From the NCBI GenBank assembly GCA_965248195.1, contig CBDFIQ010000002.1, forward strand, positions 864,001-928,000: a DNA stretch of 64,000 nucleotides, in the 5' to 3' direction. Under the pieces are notes generated by a model. That model had not been told where the DNA came from. It saw nothing but the letters and a program-made list of their open reading frames with translations, and did no database searches. Shown piece by piece: positions 31,829-40,967 of this stretch (the first letter of the stretch is position 1; every line of letters starts with the position of its first letter). A program made the position numbers and the translations under genes. This DNA comes from Longimicrobiales bacterium (GTDB taxonomy: Bacteria > Gemmatimonadota > Gemmatimonadetes > Longimicrobiales > Gaopeijiaceae).

Positions 31829-33204
31829 GGTCAAGTCCCGATTTGTGTGTAAAAGCGGAGGAAGCTCCTCGCCTTCGGCTAGGCTGCTTGGGCGACCTCC
31901 TGTTTCTGGAGGAGTGAGAGGTCGAGGTAACGCCGGTCGCCCCAGACGTGTGTGGTCCTGAGTGCGACGGCCGTGATGAGCCTGAGGGCGCTGGCCCGGT
32001 CCGGGAAGGCGCCGGCGGCCTTGATCCTGCGTTTGATCTCGCCGTGCAGCCGCTCGAGGCTGTTGGTGGTACGCAGCCGGGGCCAGTGCGCCTCGGGGAA
32101 CGCGTAGAACTGCGTCGCTGCCCCGAAGCCCCGCTCCAGGACCTCCACGGCCTCGGGCAGCTCCTTCTTCCAGCGTGCGCCGAACTCGCCCAGGAGCTTC
32201 TTCGCCTCGGCGAGTCCGGATGTCTGGAAGATCACCGAGACCTCACGCGCCACGCGCTTGCGTAGGCGGTGGGGGACCCTCGCCCCCACATTACGCTGCA
32301 GATGGACCGTACACCTCTGACGGCGTGCCTCGGGCAGGAAGCGGCGGACCGCAGCTGCCAGGCCTGCGTGCTCATCGGCGATCACGAGCTCGACACCGCC
32401 GAGGCCGCGGTCCTGGAGTTGCTCGAGGAGCTCCGACCAGCTCTGCTGCGACTCCTCAGCGCCCAGCGTGACGGCCAGGAGCCGTCGGTGACCCTCAGGG
32501 CCCACTGCATACGCCACGAGCGCACTCACGTTCTCGACTTTGCGGGCCCAGCGGGCGTCCAAGAACGTGGCGTCCAGGTACAGATAGGGGTGAGGCCCCT
32601 CGATCGGCGCACGGCGCAGCCCTTCCACGGCCTCGTCGAGCCGTTTTGCCACACGACTCACCGTCGAGCGCCCAACACGCTCGCCCATCAGCGCCTCGGT
32701 GACGTCGCCCATCTTGCGCTGTGACACGCCGCTCACATACGCCTCGACCATCATCTCGTCGAGCTCGGGGCTCCTGCGCTGGTAGCGGCCGATCACGTCG
32801 GCCGGCGAACCGTTGTCCCGGCTCCGGGGCATGGCGACCTCGATCTGCCCCAGGCTCGTCAGCAGCCGCCTCAGGTATGTGCCGTTCCTATGGTCCTTCC
32901 GGCTTCCCACCCGCTCGAAGCGGCGTGCACCTACCATGGCCTTCAGCTCCTCTTCCAGCACCATCTCGAGCGTCAGCCGGATCGCGCCTTGAAACAGCTC
33001 GCGCAAATCATCGCGTAGCTCGTCTTGCGTGGCCCGACCGATCTCCACAATCTCTTGCATCGGAAGCTCCTCTCCGGTTCCGAGCCTGCTCTGCAGACCC
33101 GGACTCCCGGGTTCATGTGACAGTGAACAACAACAGAGGAGCTTCCGTTTTTCTTTCCCTCCTGTCCAGCTTATCCGCTTTTACACAAATCTAGGGACAC
33201 TACC
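31829..33204 (-). mobile_element. IS256-family insertion sequence, copy 2 (1376 bp)
   Basis: Same ends and ORF translations as copy 1; 9-bp TSD TTCGAAGGG at 31820-31828 and 33205-33213. Confidence 0.95.
31879..33060 (-). CDS. IS256-family transposase
   Basis: Protein identical to 1555-2736. Confidence 0.95.
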   Translation of the reverse strand: MQEIVEIGRATQDELRDDLRELFQGAIRLTLEMVLEEELKAMVGARRFERVGSRKDHRNGTYLRRLLTSLGQIEVAMPRSRDNGSPADVIGRYQRRSPELDEMMVEAYVSGVSQRKMGDVTEALMGERVGRSTVSRVAKRLDEAVEGLRRAPIEGPHPYLYLDATFLDARWARKVENVSALVAYAVGPEGHRRLLAVTLGAEESQQSWSELLEQLQDRGLGGVELVIADEHAGLAAAVRRFLPEARRQRCTVHLQRNVGARVPHRLRKRVAREVSVIFQTSGLAEAKKLLGEFGARWKKELPEAVEVLERGFGAATQFYAFPEAHWPRLRTTNSLERLHGEIKRRIKAAGAFPDRASALRLITAVALRTTHVWGDRRYLDLSLLQKQEVAQAA

Positions 33205-34270
33205 TTCGAAGGGCGGGACCGACCATACCTCACACGGTCTCGTCGCGCTCGGGATTTCCGAGGAGCGCGTCGTTTGGCTCGTGTGGGGACTCGCGGCCGG
33301 TGGAGGGCTGATCGGCCTGGGCGTTCGTTCCGTGAGCCGGCCGGTCGCGTACGCTTTGGGAGGTTCCCTGCTCGTCCTCTTGACGCTCCTCGGACTGTAT
33401 CTGTTGTCGTCCAGGATGAGCGCCCTCGAGCGGTCGGAGAGGGCCGCCGAGGGGAGGGCCGACGAGGGGGACGGCACACACGTATTCAATCGCTTGCTGA
33501 GGCTCCACCACCGGTTTCCGGTGCTCACCGTCCTGATGGACGTCGCCTTGGTAGCCATCGCCTATTTCGGGGCGTATCTGGTCCGGTGGGATACCGAGCA
33601 GCTCCCGGCCGAGCTCGCCTACTTCAGGCAGACCCTCGCCATGGTGATCGTCCTGAAGCTGACGGGCCTGGCGGCCGCCGGCGCCTATGCCCCTCGTTTT
33701 CGCCACTACAGTCTCGCGGATGTCCTGGGGACGATCCGGGCCAACATCCTCGGTACACTCCTCGCCACAGCGGTCCTGCTCCTGGCTTTCCGTGTCGGAC
33801 TGTCACGGGGCGTGCTGATCGTGGACTTCCTGCTGTGCGCGACCCTGACCGTTGTCGGACGGGTTTCTTTTCGCTTCTTGGACGACGTGAAGGAAAAATG
33901 GTCTTCCGAAGGGGCGCCGGCGGCTTTCGTCAGCCGAATCGAAGACGCCGAGCTGGCCTTTCGGGCTCTGCGCTGCGTGGGGGAGCCGAGGCTTCGGCCC
34001 GTCGCGGTGGTGGACTATTCCTATGGAGGCCGGCGGGGACGATTCAAGGGGTACCCGTTGTTCGGGGGCGACGCCGGGCTCGAGAGAGCCGTCCGTGAAT
34101 GCGGCATCAACGCGATCGTCATGGTCGATAGGGGCGGGGTGGAGAGGAGGGCCGACACCCGACGGGTGGGGGAATATCTGAGGCGCGAGGGGGCGCTGGA
34201 CGTGTTCGCCGTGCGCATCTCCGTGGGGCTGGCGCCTGTCGAGGTGAGCACCGGCATTGGAGGGGCCTAG

Positions 34271-34571
34271 GAGGGTGATCGGAAAGGGGGGCGGGTCGCG
34301 CACATGGCGCTTGCGCGCGTTCAGACAAGGAACGACGAGGAGTCGTAGTCCCTCTACGGCGACGAGGAGAGACGCAGGATCAACCGCGCAACCGCCATGT
34401 GCCCACGACCATGAATGACATGACCTTACACGTTGAAGGGTTGCGGTGGCACGACCCCATCTCCGTTGTTGGAGTTCCTAGCCATAGCTACGGCTATGGC
34501 GTCGTCGCTCCGCCTAGGAGCTGGGGCCGTGGCATCCGCAACGCGGCCCACCCCCCTTTCCGATCACCCTC
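34271..34571. mobile_element. Non-autonomous MITE (301 bp)
   Basis: Terminal IRs GAGGGTGATCGGAAAGGGGGG (21 perfect, 28/30); CTAG on both sides; internal hairpins; no transposase. Confidence 0.8.
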
Positions 34572-34653
34572 CTAGCCCCGCATCTTTTTTTTGGACTATC
34601 TTCGGCTCATTACTCGCACATCGGGTTCGGCCCGAGATCAACTCTGAGGTACC

Positions 34654-35985
34654 ATGCCCAAAACTCCCCTGGACTACTTCCGCTCGGGCGACCTCACCGT
34701 GGGTGTAGTCGGTCTCGGTTACGTAGGATTGCCGTTGTCGGTGGAGATCGCCCGAGCGGGCCTGCGTGCCGTGGGTTTCGACGTCGATCCGGAGGTCGTG
34801 GATGGCATCAACCAGGGAGCCAGCCACATCGAGGACGTCACGGGGGAAGAGTTGGCGGAGGTTCTGGCCACCGGACGGCTGGAGGCCACCACCGATATGG
34901 CCCGGCTCGCCGAGTGCGACGCCATCTCGATTTCGGTGCCGACTCCGCTATCGAAAACGCAGGATCCGGACGTCTCCTTTGTGATCGCCGCGTCGGAAGC
35001 GGTGGCAGCGGCGTTGCGCCCTGGGCAGCTCGTGGTTCTGGAGTCGACCACGTATCCGGGGACGACCCGGGAGGTGCTTCTTCCCGCGCTGGAGGGCACC
35101 GGGCTGAAGGTGGGCAAGGACTTCTTCCTCTGCTTCTCTCCCGAGCGTGTGGATCCCGGAAACGACGTCTGGAAAACGAAGAATACCCCGAAGGTCATCG
35201 GAGGGATGACGCCGGGCTGTATTGACGCCGGGTTGGCGGTCTACGAACGCTTCATCGACACCATGGTGCCTGTCTCGTCCACCGAGGCGGCGGAGATGGT
35301 CAAGATCCTGGAAAACACCTTCCGGGCCGTGAATATCGCTCTGGTGAACGAGGTTGCGCTCATCGCCGACCGGCTCGACGTGAACGTGTGGGAGGTCATC
35401 GAGGCGGCGGCCACGAAGCCGTTCGGCTTCATGAAGTTCACACCCGGCCCGGGACTCGGAGGGCACTGCATCCCGGTCGATCCACACTATCTGGCGTGGA
35501 AGATGCGTACGCTCGACTATCGGACCCGCTTCATCGAGCTGGCCTCGGAGATCAACGCCGAGATGCCCGAGTTCGTGGTGGGGAAGGTCCGGGCCGCCCT
35601 GAACGCTGGTAAGAAGGCCGTGAACGGGGCACGCATCCTGGTGCTCGGCGTGGCCTACAAGCGTGACGTCGACGATGTCAGGGAATCGCCGGCCCTGGAT
35701 ATCATCGGGCTTCTTGCCGCCGATGGTGCGGACGTGGCGTACCACGACCCCTTCGTGCCCGATTTGACTGAGGAGGGTACCGCTCTATCTTCGGTGCCCC
35801 TGGTGGATCAAGCCCTCACCGAGGCCGACGTGGTGGTGATCGTGACGGACCACACGGACGTTGACTACGCGCGGGTTCTCGAACGGGCGGCCGTGGTTGT
35901 GGACGCCCGGCACGTCACGGCGGCTCTCCTGGAGGGGAGCTCCTCGGGGGCGAGTGCGTGGATCGTTAAGGGTGGGCCGGAGTGA
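34654..35985 (+). CDS. UDP-N-acetyl-hexosamine 6-dehydrogenase (WbpA/WecC-like)
   Basis: GLGYVGLPL, LESTTYPGTT, SPERVDPGN, GGHCIPVDP. Confidence 0.9.
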   Translation: MPKTPLDYFRSGDLTVGVVGLGYVGLPLSVEIARAGLRAVGFDVDPEVVDGINQGASHIEDVTGEELAEVLATGRLEATTDMARLAECDAISISVPTPLSKTQDPDVSFVIAASEAVAAALRPGQLVVLESTTYPGTTREVLLPALEGTGLKVGKDFFLCFSPERVDPGNDVWKTKNTPKVIGGMTPGCIDAGLAVYERFIDTMVPVSSTEAAEMVKILENTFRAVNIALVNEVALIADRLDVNVWEVIEAAATKPFGFMKFTPGPGLGGHCIPVDPHYLAWKMRTLDYRTRFIELASEINAEMPEFVVGKVRAALNAGKKAVNGARILVLGVAYKRDVDDVRESPALDIIGLLAADGADVAYHDPFVPDLTEEGTALSSVPLVDQALTEADVVVIVTDHTDVDYARVLERAAVVVDARHVTAALLEGSSSGASAWIVKGGPE

Positions 35986-35986
35986 G

Positions 35987-37177
35987 GTGAGCGACCCTCC
36001 GGTACTCGTTCACCGTCTCATCGCACGCCTCAACACGGGTGGACCGGCCAGGCATGTGGTGCACCTGGCCGAAGCCCTCGATCCCGCTCGCTTTCGCACG
36101 CGCCTGATCGCCGGGCGCATCACCGAGGACGAGGGAGACATGACCTACTACGCCCGGGAACGCGGCGTGGAGGTCACCGAGATCGCGGGTATGTCGCGGT
36201 TGCTCTCGCCGTTGCGGGACCTGCGGTCGTTTCTGACGCTCCTCCGGATCTTTCGTCGCGAGCGGCCCGCGATCGTACACACGCACACCGCCAAGGCGGG
36301 GACGGTGGCACGGTTGGCCGCGATGGCCGCCGGCGTGCCCGTGATCATCCACACGTTCCACGGGCACGTTCTCGGGGGTCTCTACTTCTCCCGGCTCAAG
36401 ACGCGGTTCTTCCTGGCGATCGAGCGGCGACTGGCGAAGGCCACCGACCGGCTCGTCGTCCTCACGCACGCCCAGGCCCGTGAGATGGCCGAGGGCCTGC
36501 GCGTTGCGCCCATGGACCGGTTCGCCGTGATTCCGCTGGGGCTCGACCTCCAGCCGTTCGCGGACGTGGATCAAGGCGCGGCCCGTTCTCGGCTTCGGGC
36601 GGAGCTGGGGATCGGTGAGGACAGTCCTGTGGTCGGCATCGTTGGGCGCATGGTGCCCGTGAAGAATCATCCACTTCTGTTCGATGCGATGGCGCAGCTC
36701 AAGGGCCGCATGGATCCGGCGCCCCATCTGATCGTAGTGGGGTCGGGCGAACAGGAGCGCGCCCTGCGGGCCTATGTGAGCGACAAGGGCCTGGACAGCG
36801 TCGTGCATTGGCTCGGCTGGAGGAAGGATCTCCCGCAAATATTTCCTGCCTTCGACGTGACGGCGCTCACCTCATTCGACGAGGGTACGCCGGTCTCGTT
36901 GATCGAGTCCTTGGCGAGTGGCACACCGGTGGTTTCGCTCGCGGTCGGGGGTGTCCCGGAGATCCTCGAGGGGGGCGAGCTTGGGCGCCTTGTGGAATCT
37001 GCTTCGGACAATGAGGTTGCCGACGCGCTGGAGAGCGTTTTGCTGTCTCCGCCATCTGCCGAGGATACGGAACGGGCGCGGAGGCTGGTTCTGGAACGTT
37101 TTTCGATCCGACGGCTGGCCCAAGATATCGAGCGCTTGTACGCGGATGCGCTCAAGCGGGCCGGCGCGGGAAATTGA
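35987..37177 (+). CDS. Glycosyltransferase family 4
   Basis: RLNTGGPA, HTHTAKAG, EGTPVSLIE. Confidence 0.9.
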   Translation: MSDPPVLVHRLIARLNTGGPARHVVHLAEALDPARFRTRLIAGRITEDEGDMTYYARERGVEVTEIAGMSRLLSPLRDLRSFLTLLRIFRRERPAIVHTHTAKAGTVARLAAMAAGVPVIIHTFHGHVLGGLYFSRLKTRFFLAIERRLAKATDRLVVLTHAQAREMAEGLRVAPMDRFAVIPLGLDLQPFADVDQGAARSRLRAELGIGEDSPVVGIVGRMVPVKNHPLLFDAMAQLKGRMDPAPHLIVVGSGEQERALRAYVSDKGLDSVVHWLGWRKDLPQIFPAFDVTALTSFDEGTPVSLIESLASGTPVVSLAVGGVPEILEGGELGRLVESASDNEVADALESVLLSPPSAEDTERARRLVLERFSIRRLAQDIERLYADALKRAGAGN

Positions 37178-37253
37178 GTGAAATTGCATCGGGATCTGAA
37201 CAAGAAATGGAAGGATTCATGGATGATATCGATGGGCCGCGAGGAGCCCGTGC

Positions 37254-38039
37254 ATGACCAGGTTTGATGATCTAGCCCGGATACACGATGCGATCCTCGC
37301 AGCCGCGGACGCGATCCTGCCGTTCACGCCGGGCGACGTCGAGTTCGAGATCAAGAGTGAACGGGGCGATCCATTGACGGCGGCCGATAAAGCCGCCGAT
37401 CGTGTACTCCGGGAGCTGCTCCCCGCCCATGGAGAGGGCTGGCTCTCGGAGGAGTCGATCGACGACCCCGTCCGTCTGGGGTGTCGGCGGGTCTGGGTGG
37501 TGGACCCGATAGACGGGACCCGGGAATTCATCGATGGGATCCCCGAGTGGTGTATTTCGGTGGGCCTGGTCGAGGACGGTCTCCCCGTTGCGGGGGGCAT
37601 CTACAATCCGGGCACCGACGAGTTGGTGATCGGCTCGCTGGAGACCGGCGTGAAGTACCAGGGGCGCTCCTCGGCCGTCAGCGGCCTTCCCGATCTCGAC
37701 GGCGCCGTGATCCTGGCCAGCCGGAGCGAGATCGCAAGGGGTGAATGGGACGGGCTCGACGAGGCGCCGTGTGAGGTACGGCCGTGCGGATCCGTCGCCT
37801 TCAAGATGGCGCTCGTAGCGGCGGGACAGGCGGATGGCACCTGGACACTCGTCCCGAAGAGTGAGTGGGACGTCGCAGCCGGCACCGCGCTCGTACGGGC
37901 CGCGGGCGGGTGCGTGATCCACGCCGACGGGACGGAGCCCGCCTTCAATCAGCCGGTACCGCGGCATCCGAATCTGTTGGCAGCGGGGATGGGGATCCTC
38001 AGCGATTTTCGAGGGAATTGGATGAAGGTGGACTCTTGA
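37254..38039 (+). CDS. cysQ: 3'(2'),5'-bisphosphate nucleotidase CysQ (inositol monophosphatase family)
   Basis: LSEE, WVVDPIDGTREF, EWDVAAG. Confidence 0.8.
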   Translation: MTRFDDLARIHDAILAAADAILPFTPGDVEFEIKSERGDPLTAADKAADRVLRELLPAHGEGWLSEESIDDPVRLGCRRVWVVDPIDGTREFIDGIPEWCISVGLVEDGLPVAGGIYNPGTDELVIGSLETGVKYQGRSSAVSGLPDLDGAVILASRSEIARGEWDGLDEAPCEVRPCGSVAFKMALVAAGQADGTWTLVPKSEWDVAAGTALVRAAGGCVIHADGTEPAFNQPVPRHPNLLAAGMGILSDFRGNWMKVDS

Positions 38040-38063
38040 GAGCCTTGTTTTGAGGACGCCGTC

Positions 38064-38906
38064 GTGAGGATCCTGGTCACGGGTGCGGCCGGCCTGTTGG
38101 GTAACGCCGTCGTGCGTACAGTCGGGGAAAGAGGCCACGATGTCCGTGCGTTTGCCCGATGCGCCCTCGACGTTACGGACCCTGGGGAGGTGGAGCGGTG
38201 CTTGGGGGCCGAAAAGCCGGAGGTCGTCGTCCACTGCGCCGCATACACAGCCGTAGACCGAGCCGAGGAAGAGTTGGATCAAGCCATGATCGTCACCCGT
38301 GACGGCACACGGAACGTGGCGATGGCCGCGGCCCAGATCGGCGCAACGGTAGTATATCCCAGCACCGACTATGTCTTCGACGGCCGAGCGGACACTCCGT
38401 ACGGGCCCGACGACGAAACGAGTCCCCTGAGCGCTTATGGCGTGAGTAAGTTGGCCGGCGAGCAGGTGCTCGCGGTGTCGGGGTGCAGCTGGATGGTGGT
38501 CCGGACGAGTTGGCTGTACGGGTCCGGCGGCCGGGACTTCGTGGACGTCGTCCTGGAACAGGCGGAGCGTCGCGTCGGGATGAGGGTGGTGGACGATCAG
38601 GTGGGTTGTCCGACGTGGACGGGCAGCCTGGCTCCCGGAATCGTCGAGTTGGCCGAAGAGGGTGCGACAGGAACGTACCACCTCTGCGACGCAGGCCAGG
38701 CCTCGTGGCTCGAATTGGCACAAACGGTGGTGGGCGAGGCCGGACTCGACCTGGAGCTCACGGCTACGAGCACGCTCGCCTGGGGTGCGCCCGCGCTGCG
38801 TCCACCGTATTCCGTACTCGACTGCGCAAAGGCCGAGCGTATACTAGGCCGTGAGATGTCCCCTTGGCGTGAGTCCCTGCACACCTACCTGTCGGAGACG
38901 CTATGA
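38064..38906 (+). CDS. rmlD: dTDP-4-dehydrorhamnose reductase
   Basis: AAYTAVDRAE, STDYVFDG, YGVSKLAGE, DDQVGCPT. Confidence 0.92.
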   Translation: MRILVTGAAGLLGNAVVRTVGERGHDVRAFARCALDVTDPGEVERCLGAEKPEVVVHCAAYTAVDRAEEELDQAMIVTRDGTRNVAMAAAQIGATVVYPSTDYVFDGRADTPYGPDDETSPLSAYGVSKLAGEQVLAVSGCSWMVVRTSWLYGSGGRDFVDVVLEQAERRVGMRVVDDQVGCPTWTGSLAPGIVELAEEGATGTYHLCDAGQASWLELAQTVVGEAGLDLELTATSTLAWGAPALRPPYSVLDCAKAERILGREMSPWRESLHTYLSETL

Positions 38907-39026
38907 GGTCGGAGACGCTATGAGGTCGAAGACTCTTTGATGTCGGAGACGTTATGAAGTCGGAGACGTAATGAAGTCGGAGACTCTTTGATGTCGGAGA
39001 CGCCATGAACCCGGAAATGCCATGAA
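38891..39026 (+). repeat. 8 x 17-bp tandem repeat spanning the rmlD stop to the rmlA start
   Basis: Consensus GTCGGAGACGCTATGAR; the last unit is degenerate and contains the rmlA ATG. Confidence 0.92.
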
Positions 39027-39798
39027 GGGCGTCGTACTCGCCGGAGGGTTAGGTACCCGCCTCTTGCCCATGACCCGCGTCACCAACAAGCACCTTTTGC
39101 CGGTATTCGATCGGCCCATGATCTACTTCCCCATTCAGCAGCTCGTTCATGTGGGGATCGACGACATCCTCATCGTAACAGGTGGAAATCAGGCGGGGGA
39201 CTTTCTCCGGTTGTTGGGCAACGGGAAGGAATTCGGCTTGCGACGGCTGAACTACGCCTACCAGGAGGGGGAGGGGGGGATCGCCGAGGCCCTCGGTCTG
39301 GCGGAGGACTTCGCGGAGGACAGTCCCATCTGTGTGATTCTGGGTGACAACATCTTCGAAACTCCCATTCGCGAGGCCGTGGACGCTTTTCGGGCCGACC
39401 CCGAGGGTGCCATGGTCTTGCTCAAGGAGGTCGACCACCCGGAGCGCTTCGGCGTGGCCGAGCTGCACGAAGGCCGCGTCGTGAGCATCGTGGAGAAGCC
39501 GTCCGAGCCCGAGAGCAACCTGGCGGTGACCGGATGCTACATCTACGACGGTCGTGTGTTCGAGATCGTGCGGGGTCTCTCGCCCTCCGAGCGAGGCGAG
39601 CTCGAGATCACCGACGTCAACAACCGCTATCTCGAGTGGGGTACCCTTCGCCATCACGTCGTCAGCGGTTGGTGGACCGATGCGGGAACCATTCCGTCGC
39701 TGCATCACGCGACGAAGTTGGTCGCGGCCTCCCTGGATGAGCCCGTGCTCCGGATGCCCGAGATTGCCACCGGCCCGAGGAGGCGTGCAGGGGACTAA
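39022..39798 (+). CDS. rmlA: Glucose-1-phosphate thymidylyltransferase (short SpsI-like form)
   Basis: LAGGLGTRL, KHLLPVFDRPMI, ILGDNIF, RGELEITD. Confidence 0.88.
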   Translation: MKGVVLAGGLGTRLLPMTRVTNKHLLPVFDRPMIYFPIQQLVHVGIDDILIVTGGNQAGDFLRLLGNGKEFGLRRLNYAYQEGEGGIAEALGLAEDFAEDSPICVILGDNIFETPIREAVDAFRADPEGAMVLLKEVDHPERFGVAELHEGRVVSIVEKPSEPESNLAVTGCYIYDGRVFEIVRGLSPSERGELEITDVNNRYLEWGTLRHHVVSGWWTDAGTIPSLHHATKLVAASLDEPVLRMPEIATGPRRRAGD

Positions 39799-39839
39799 TG
39801 GAGTAGTCCAGTTTCTTCCCATCAGGAGGTGATGGACCC

Positions 39840-40922
39840 GTGAGACTGCTCGTGACAGGTGGCGCCGGATTCATCGGGTCCAACTTGGTTCGGTACTTCC
39901 TCGACGATTACCAAGACGTCGAGGTGATCAACCTGGACCTCCTCACCTACGCTGGGAACCTGGACAACCTCGCCGGCCTCGAAGCGGATCCACGTTACCG
40001 CTTCGTGCACGGCGATATTTGCGACGCCGCCTTGGTGGGCGAGCTGGTGGGGGGGGTGGACGCCGTCCTCAACCTTGCGGCCGAATCCCATGTGGATCGC
40101 TCGATCGCGCACGACACACCCTTCGTCCTTACGAACGTCAACGGAACCCATACGCTCTTGAGCGCGGCGCTGGCCGCCCCGAACCCACCGCGCTTCGTCC
40201 ACGTCTCGACCGACGAGGTGTACGGGGAGTTGCCGTGGAGGGACCCGGAGGCTCGCGATCCCGCCCGTCGGGACGCGGCCGGGCGGGACGCGGCCGGTGG
40301 GGACACGGCCGGGCGGGACGCGGCTCCCATGGCCCCGGAGGATGATCGCTTCACCGAGTCGACCCCTCTGGCTCCACGGTCTCCCTATTCGGCCACCAAG
40401 GCCTCGGCCGACATGCTCGTGCTGGCCTACCACCGGACGCACGGGCTGGATGCGGTCGTCACGCGCTGCTCCAACAACTATGGGCCGTACCAGTTTCCGG
40501 AGAAGCTGATCCCGCTGATGGTATCCAACGCGATGAAGGGCGAGCCGCTGCCGGTCTATGGCGACGGCCTCAACGTGCGGGACTGGATCCACGTGCGAGA
40601 TCATTGCTGCGGCTTGGACGCCGCGCTGCGGAAGGGTCGATCCGGGGAGGCCTACAATTTCGGGGGTGATGCAGAGCGCACCAACCTTCAGATCGTGAAC
40701 GCGATCCTCGAGCAGACTGGGGCCGACCCGGGGTTGATCACCTTCGTTGAGGATCGCCTGGGTCACGACCGGCGTTACGCGGTCGATGCCACCAAGGCGA
40801 AGCAGGAGCTGTCCTGGGCGCCGCTAGTGGAGTTTGGGGAAGGACTCACCGAGACGATCGCATGGTACGGGGAGAACGGGGCGTGGCTGGAGCGGATCGC
40901 GAGCGGGGAGTATCGGGGTTGA
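39840..40922 (+). CDS. rmlB: dTDP-glucose 4,6-dehydratase
   Basis: GGAGFIG, AAESHVDRS, STDEVYG, YSATKAS, NNYGPYQFPEK. Confidence 0.93.
   Translation: MRLLVTGGAGFIGSNLVRYFLDDYQDVEVINLDLLTYAGNLDNLAGLEADPRYRFVHGDICDAALVGELVGGVDAVLNLAAESHVDRSIAHDTPFVLTNVNGTHTLLSAALAAPNPPRFVHVSTDEVYGELPWRDPEARDPARRDAAGRDAAGGDTAGRDAAPMAPEDDRFTESTPLAPRSPYSATKASADMLVLAYHRTHGLDAVVTRCSNNYGPYQFPEKLIPLMVSNAMKGEPLPVYGDGLNVRDWIHVRDHCCGLDAALRKGRSGEAYNFGGDAERTNLQIVNAILEQTGADPGLITFVEDRLGHDRRYAVDATKAKQELSWAPLVEFGEGLTETIAWYGENGAWLERIASGEYRG
40239..40328 (+). repeat. 6 x 15-bp in-frame repeat (RDAAG-like) in an rmlB loop
   Basis: RDPEA RDPAR RDAAG RDAAG GDTAG RDAAP. Confidence 0.85.
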
Positions 40923-40967
40923 GACAGGTCGTTGACGGAATCGCCGGGCGAAGTAGCTTCTTGGCCT

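Larger units (their letters stand above)
30981..34270 (+). pseudogene. WecA/MraY-like polyprenyl-phosphate HexNAc-1-P transferase with a fused C-terminal domain, interrupted by IS256
   Basis: TPNFGG, GLVDD, NALNLLDNMDGL, FMGDSGS, PILDT; removing the IS and one TSD restores RPVSKGGTDHTSH in frame. Start uncertain (30945 or 30981). Confidence 0.88.

Noticed and set aside
38891..39026. Possible CRISPR array (also considered for 10191-10258 and 44069-44148)
   Set aside because: Units are contiguous with no unique spacers, and no cas genes are present.
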